Assembly (NCBI GenBank): GCA_963801355.1
Contig: CAWDEM010000008.1
Coordinates: forward strand, 672,001-736,000
DNA: 64,000 nt
Direction: 5' to 3'
DNA from: Ignavibacteriota bacterium
Lineage (GTDB): Bacteria > Bacteroidota > Ignavibacteria > UBA10030 > UBA6906
Shown here: positions 59,422 through 64,000 of the stretch, one piece after another
Layout of the letters: every line of letters starts with the position of its first letter
Numbering within the stretch: position 1 is the first letter of the stretch
Program-made: the position numbers and the translations under genes
Notes under the pieces: model-generated
Databases searched by the model: none
Seen by the model: the letters and a program-made list of their open reading frames with translations, nothing else
What the model was told of the DNA's origin: nothing

Positions 59422-61140
59422 TCATCTGCCCTGCGCACTCACGGTTTTCCGTGGGAATTTCCCGTCACGAGTCGCTGCGTTGTAGACGAAGAAGGCCATG
59501 ATGCAAGCGGCTTGCTTCATATCTTCTTCAACCACGCGCTCGTACACGTCCATGTTGTAGTGGTGTGTTCGGGACTCATAATCCAAGGGATCTTGTATGA
59601 ATTGGAATCCCGGCAGACCGACATTGTCAAATGATGTGTGATCCGTCCCCCCGGTATTCCGGGCTGTAATGGTCTGGGCGGTTGGGTCTCCATAGGCGCC
59701 AAACCAACTCCTGAATATCGGCCGGGCCGCCTCATTCCCTTGCAGATAGATACCACGGATTCTCCCCGACCCGTTGTCGTGATTGAAATACACCGAGACT
59801 TCATCGTAGGCGGGCATCCGTGTGACAGCCGGACCGGGTCCTGCGGAGAAGCCCCCACCGGAGTCGCCGGTATCGCGCCTGGCAAAGAATTCTGACACAT
59901 ATTCACGCGAGCCGATCAGCCCCTGCTCTTCAGCTCCCCACAATCCCATGCGGATGGTGCGGCGCGGCTTCAATCCATAGTCCTTTGAAAGGCGTTGCAG
60001 GATGCGTAGTGCTTCCATGCAGGTCGCGGTACCAGTATTGTTGTCGGTCGCACCTGTGCCCGAATGCCAGGTATCGAAGTGCGCGCCGAGCATCACCACT
60101 TCGTCCTTCAGATCTGTCCCGGGGATTTCCGCTATGATATTGAAACCCGAATCCGGGGTGGTGAATGCAACCTGGATGCCCATCTGCATCTTCACGCTCG
60201 CACCCTTCTGCAGCATCCTGACCATGCGGTTGTAGTGCTCTGCAGCGACCACCACCTGGGGAAGAGTCTCAGGGGCAGAAGGATCGTACGCCCCCATTCG
60301 CCGTTGGTCGACTTCACCTGCTGCTTGTGGCAGCGAGGCAGCTTGAACGAGAATAGTGCCCTGGTCACCGGAACCGGCGGTAAGGACGGCGAGTGCGCCT
60401 TCGTTCAACGCGAACCGGAGTTTCGCCGGGGCCATTTGCATGCTCACAACGCGACTGCGCATAGCTGCGGTGTCGACATCAGGGAACATCGCCGCAGTCG
60501 CGGCAATTGCCGAATCGATATTCTGAGCATTCAACCTGCCTCTCCAGGCGCGTCTTCCTCCCCGGCGACCCGCCTGGATGTCTGCATTTGCCAATCTCAG
60601 CAACACAGAATCAGCAAGCCGTTCTGCAAGTGGTTCAAAATGCGGCTTGACTGCGACGGGGGGAGTGGCAAGGACGAATTTTCCTTTGAGTGTGCCTTTG
60701 TATTTTCCAAGTTCTCCGAGGTTCTCCGCATCAAGGAAGACCACATCTGCTTCCTTTGCTTTCAATCCGGGCGACCATGCCGCGGGGAATGCAATAAGGG
60801 GAAATGCAACCGGAGAAGTCACCATCGCAGAGAACTCCTTGAGCGTCCATCCCTTTCCCGTCGGCGCCCATCGGTCATAAGCGACATGCGTAATCCCCCA
60901 TTCCCCGAGCTTCCGGACAACCCAGTCGGCACCGCGAACATATTCCGGAGACCATGAGAGACGCGGCGAATACACATCGCACAACGAACTCAGGATGTCC
61001 ATTATCTGAGAGTTCACGAGCCCCTCCGCTTTGATCTTTGAAACTACAGCGGTATCGACTCGTTCGACCTGGCCGAATGTGTGCGCGTAAGAAACGAGCA
61101 GGACCAGGATCAACGTCAGAGTGACCTGTGAGTGCCTCAT
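59422..61140 (-). CDS. M28 family metallopeptidase (carboxypeptidase Q-like), secreted
   Basis: GAHFD, GATDN, GAEEQGLIGS, NHD, GTDH, THH. Confidence 0.92.
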   Translation of the reverse strand: MRHSQVTLTLILVLLVSYAHTFGQVERVDTAVVSKIKAEGLVNSQIMDILSSLCDVYSPRLSWSPEYVRGADWVVRKLGEWGITHVAYDRWAPTGKGWTLKEFSAMVTSPVAFPLIAFPAAWSPGLKAKEADVVFLDAENLGELGKYKGTLKGKFVLATPPVAVKPHFEPLAERLADSVLLRLANADIQAGRRGGRRAWRGRLNAQNIDSAIAATAAMFPDVDTAAMRSRVVSMQMAPAKLRFALNEGALAVLTAGSGDQGTILVQAASLPQAAGEVDQRRMGAYDPSAPETLPQVVVAAEHYNRMVRMLQKGASVKMQMGIQVAFTTPDSGFNIIAEIPGTDLKDEVVMLGAHFDTWHSGTGATDNNTGTATCMEALRILQRLSKDYGLKPRRTIRMGLWGAEEQGLIGSREYVSEFFARRDTGDSGGGFSAGPGPAVTRMPAYDEVSVYFNHDNGSGRIRGIYLQGNEAARPIFRSWFGAYGDPTAQTITARNTGGTDHTSFDNVGLPGFQFIQDPLDYESRTHHYNMDVYERVVEEDMKQAACIMAFFVYNAATRDGKFPRKTVSAQGR

Positions 61141-61216
61141 CGGTTATTCATCCTCCAGATAAGCTTTTTCGGCATTTGATGCATATGAAACGGGGTACGT
61201 TGTCCGCCTGTAACAT

Positions 61217-61861
61217 TCAGACTTTGAAAAGTCCGTCAGAATTCGAACCAATCAATCCCGCCTTGTACGACCGATCGTCAACGTACGCCAGCCGCCTGAT
61301 CATCGAGGACGTGAGGATCTTGAATTTGCGTGCTGTGTCGAGCCCATCGGCAACCCGCTGCAGTTGGTCGTCATCGCCCATCCAGTTGATTGGGTCGAAC
61401 CGCTCGAGGTTGACCGGAACGGTGTATGCCCGGAGCGTCTTCTCCTTCGCAACGTTGTAGAACTGCTCAAAATAGGAGATGACAAGCTCGCGGAGGGACT
61501 GGTGGATAGGCTCACGGTATGTCAGGCCTGCGTAATTGGACTTTGCCACCGCACCCCAGTGTCCGGCGACTTTGAAAACTGCGAGAATGTGATCATCGTC
61601 CCGGTCGTTCGGGAGCATGTCAACCAGGAGTGGCGGGAAGCCAAGCCTTCTGAGCGCGGCGGCGGCAAAGAGCGCACCATCAAAACAATGTGCCTTCCGG
61701 TCCAGGAGGACAGTCCGGGGGGACCGGTACCTGTCATCCGCGCTGTAGGGAAGTTCCCAGAGAAACTCCTGGATCCTGACCGGGCTATCCAGCGATTGCA
61801 GCACACTCATATCCGATGCAGAAAATGACGTCCTGAATGTTCTTCTCAGGCTCGTGTCCAT
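61217..61861 (-). CDS. Conserved hypothetical protein, possible transglutaminase/papain-like fold
   Basis: AHCFDGALFAAAAL, DDDHILAVF, WGAVAKSN. Confidence 0.7.
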   Translation of the reverse strand: MDTSLRRTFRTSFSASDMSVLQSLDSPVRIQEFLWELPYSADDRYRSPRTVLLDRKAHCFDGALFAAAALRRLGFPPLLVDMLPNDRDDDHILAVFKVAGHWGAVAKSNYAGLTYREPIHQSLRELVISYFEQFYNVAKEKTLRAYTVPVNLERFDPINWMGDDDQLQRVADGLDTARKFKILTSSMIRRLAYVDDRSYKAGLIGSNSDGLFKV

Positions 61862-61889
61862 ATTTGGGTCCCGGCTTGCATTGTTCGTT

Positions 61890-64000
61890 TCAATTGCCTG
61901 CCTTCACCCAGGCCTCTTCCGCCTGAAGAGCATGCATGGCACGTGGGAAGATCTTCCGGTACACCCGTTCGGGGGGAAGCATTGCTCCATCCACCTGCAG
62001 CAACCGCTGAACCGTCACTCCAAACAGCCGTTCATTTTGCAGGAGCAGAGGTTTGATGAGTTCCCAGTCGCGCTCTTCCAATCCGGTTATGCCTCCCCCA
62101 TTCAATTGCTCTTCCGAGACCTTCCGTTGCGGGTCGCGGACGTAGATCGCGCCTCCTGACGCAAGGGAAAAGAGATTTCCTCCGGGATACGGGGTCTCGA
62201 GATCGACCACATTCCCATCGTCATCGAACGCGATGCCATTGAGTATGACGAACCCGCCGCCGTTGTGAGGATCCCCGGCCATGAAAGATTCAGCAAGGTA
62301 GTCAAGGCAGGTGCCATTGATGACGACACGGGGTTTTCCGACTGCATTGATGAGGGGTCTCCCTGCAGCGTTTCCCAGCACGAACACATTTCCCCCCTTG
62401 GCGCCATACATAAACGTCTGGCCCACATCGCCGTACACAACGAGGGACCCGCCCTTCATGATCTGCCCGAGCTGATCCTGGGCGTTTCCATGGACGAAAA
62501 TCTGTGCGCCGTCGATGCCGGAGGCGAGATAATCTCCGGGAGTGCCATAGACGTCGATCCGGACACGGTCCGTGCCCGGCCCGAGACCGTTTGCGATGAA
62601 TCGATGGCCCCTCGTGTGGACGACCAGGAAGTGGCGCCATCCCTCAGCGTGAAGTCGTCTGATTTCCGCACCCAGTCCCTCTTCCCCTTCAGGAGGAAAC
62701 GGTCTGGCATCGATGAGGAGCGTTTGATCTTCGCGCCCGGGAACCGGCCTCGGCTCCCCGGTGTGGAAGCAAGTGTACGAGCCATTCGGCGTGCGGTCGA
62801 GGGATTCGAACAGTGCGCTCAGCCGCTCGTCACACAGCGAAAGTATACTGCTCCGGCGCATGGAACCCGTCGGATACCGCCGGTCAATGAGAAGTGTCAG
62901 GACTCCAATTGCCCGTTTGAAGTCTCCCTGCGTGAGGGCGGAGCGTTCCAGCCCGGAAAGCGCGCCTGAGAATGCGGCATAGTCCCACGTCGGCAACTGG
63001 TTGACCACTTCGGCAAAAAGCTCATCTGTTGTCTTCCCGCTGAGTACGAGGATATCGGGGTCCACCTGCTTGCCGGGGGCAAGACGGTTCTGTACGTGCG
63101 GCTTCCTGCCGGTGTCGACTGTTATCCGTTTACCGAACTTATCCGAGCAGACGAGGACGGATTTCTTGCCGTCGCCGGCGTTCACGTCCGGCCGTACGGA
63201 AAACACGAACGCCCCGCCGTCGGTATGGCTCCCGCCGCGGGCATTCCAGTACCTATCGGCACGGGACCAGAAGCGTGAGTCTTCCGACGCCAGGCTGTCC
63301 AGCGCTGCATCTATCGCCTGCTTTTCAGAGGCTGCGAAGCCGATAGATGCTTCGCCCTCCTGAAGGGCAAAAACCTGAGGCCGGAGCATGCTGGTATCGG
63401 TGATCCCGATGAGCCGGGACTCTCCCCGGTCCTGGTCAGATTGCGCAATGAGGAAGAACCATGGCCCATCCGGTGATCCCTGCATGTGCGTCGTCTGCAG
63501 CATTTGGTAAATTTGCTGCTTGTCCACCGGGAGCAGCGTGAAATCCCTTTCGGTCGTCGGCGCGAGCGCCTCGATCACATATTCCAGCGGGTATCGATAG
63601 ACGCGGTAGAGCAAATCAAAGATGAGCGCGGAGACCTCGGTATCGGTAAGGAAGAGCGGAAAGATGTTGCGTTGTCCCAGGTATTCGCAGAGTGATGCAT
63701 AATTTGCGAAGTCCCCGTTGTGAACCAGAGCCTCATGAAGTCCCACAAAAGGGTGCGCTCCTCCCGGATGCCAGACCCTGCCCTTTGTGGGATACCGGTG
63801 ATGACCGATCCACACGTGCGCGTGAGTGTCTTCCAGCTTGTAGTAACGGACCACGTCATCGCCGTAGCCGACCATCTTGAGCACCATCATGTTCTTCCCA
63901 TGCGAGAGTACAAACGCCTTCTTGTCTCCCTGGGAAGCATAATATGCACGGTTGAGCAGATAGCTGTTCTGGTAGACGATTTCGTCCTCCGCGGCGCGTC
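61890..64000 (-). CDS. Glutamate synthase-type protein: class II glutamine amidotransferase fused to a GXGXG domain (5' partial)
   Basis: HHRYPT...AHPF, HNGD, TDTEV, DGPW; repeated G..GD/GNA beta-helix motifs. The frame stays open to the window edge. Confidence 0.88.
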   Translation of the reverse strand, partial: RAAEDEIVYQNSYLLNRAYYASQGDKKAFVLSHGKNMMVLKMVGYGDDVVRYYKLEDTHAHVWIGHHRYPTKGRVWHPGGAHPFVGLHEALVHNGDFANYASLCEYLGQRNIFPLFLTDTEVSALIFDLLYRVYRYPLEYVIEALAPTTERDFTLLPVDKQQIYQMLQTTHMQGSPDGPWFFLIAQSDQDRGESRLIGITDTSMLRPQVFALQEGEASIGFAASEKQAIDAALDSLASEDSRFWSRADRYWNARGGSHTDGGAFVFSVRPDVNAGDGKKSVLVCSDKFGKRITVDTGRKPHVQNRLAPGKQVDPDILVLSGKTTDELFAEVVNQLPTWDYAAFSGALSGLERSALTQGDFKRAIGVLTLLIDRRYPTGSMRRSSILSLCDERLSALFESLDRTPNGSYTCFHTGEPRPVPGREDQTLLIDARPFPPEGEEGLGAEIRRLHAEGWRHFLVVHTRGHRFIANGLGPGTDRVRIDVYGTPGDYLASGIDGAQIFVHGNAQDQLGQIMKGGSLVVYGDVGQTFMYGAKGGNVFVLGNAAGRPLINAVGKPRVVINGTCLDYLAESFMAGDPHNGGGFVILNGIAFDDDGNVVDLETPYPGGNLFSLASGGAIYVRDPQRKVSEEQLNGGGITGLEERDWELIKPLLLQNERLFGVTVQRLLQVDGAMLPPERVYRKIFPRAMHALQAEEAWVKAGN

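Overview
This is a gene-dense, GC-rich bacterial chromosomal segment. It most likely comes from the Ignavibacteria/Bacteroidota (FCB) lineage, based on two T9SS cargo proteins with NYPNPFNP-type C-terminal domains, dnaE-trxA synteny, MIG-T-SHY Ser/Thr kinases and a propeller/Y_Y_Y sensor kinase. It holds about 45 CDSs. Housekeeping genes are dnaE, trxA, proS, plsC, htpX, a DEAD-box helicase and a partial glutamate synthase-type gene. There are also many secreted hydrolases, a P2A ATPase, three Hanks-type kinases, a sensor HK-RR-PP2C operon, a sugar porter and a Tat-exported molybdoenzyme. I saw no rRNA, tRNA, CRISPR array, transposase, integrase or reverse transcriptase. The most unusual signal is small-scale repeat activity: (1) degenerate 7-bp arrays (consensus ANNATNG) written into proS and a kinase and next to an orphan T9SS-CTD gene remnant; (2) 14-15 bp tandem arrays just upstream of three separate -35 boxes; (3) two REP-like in-frame insertions in a T9SS CTD; (4) a 6 x 30 bp expansion in a penicillin-acylase spacer peptide. 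All calls are by eye from motifs; no searches were run.
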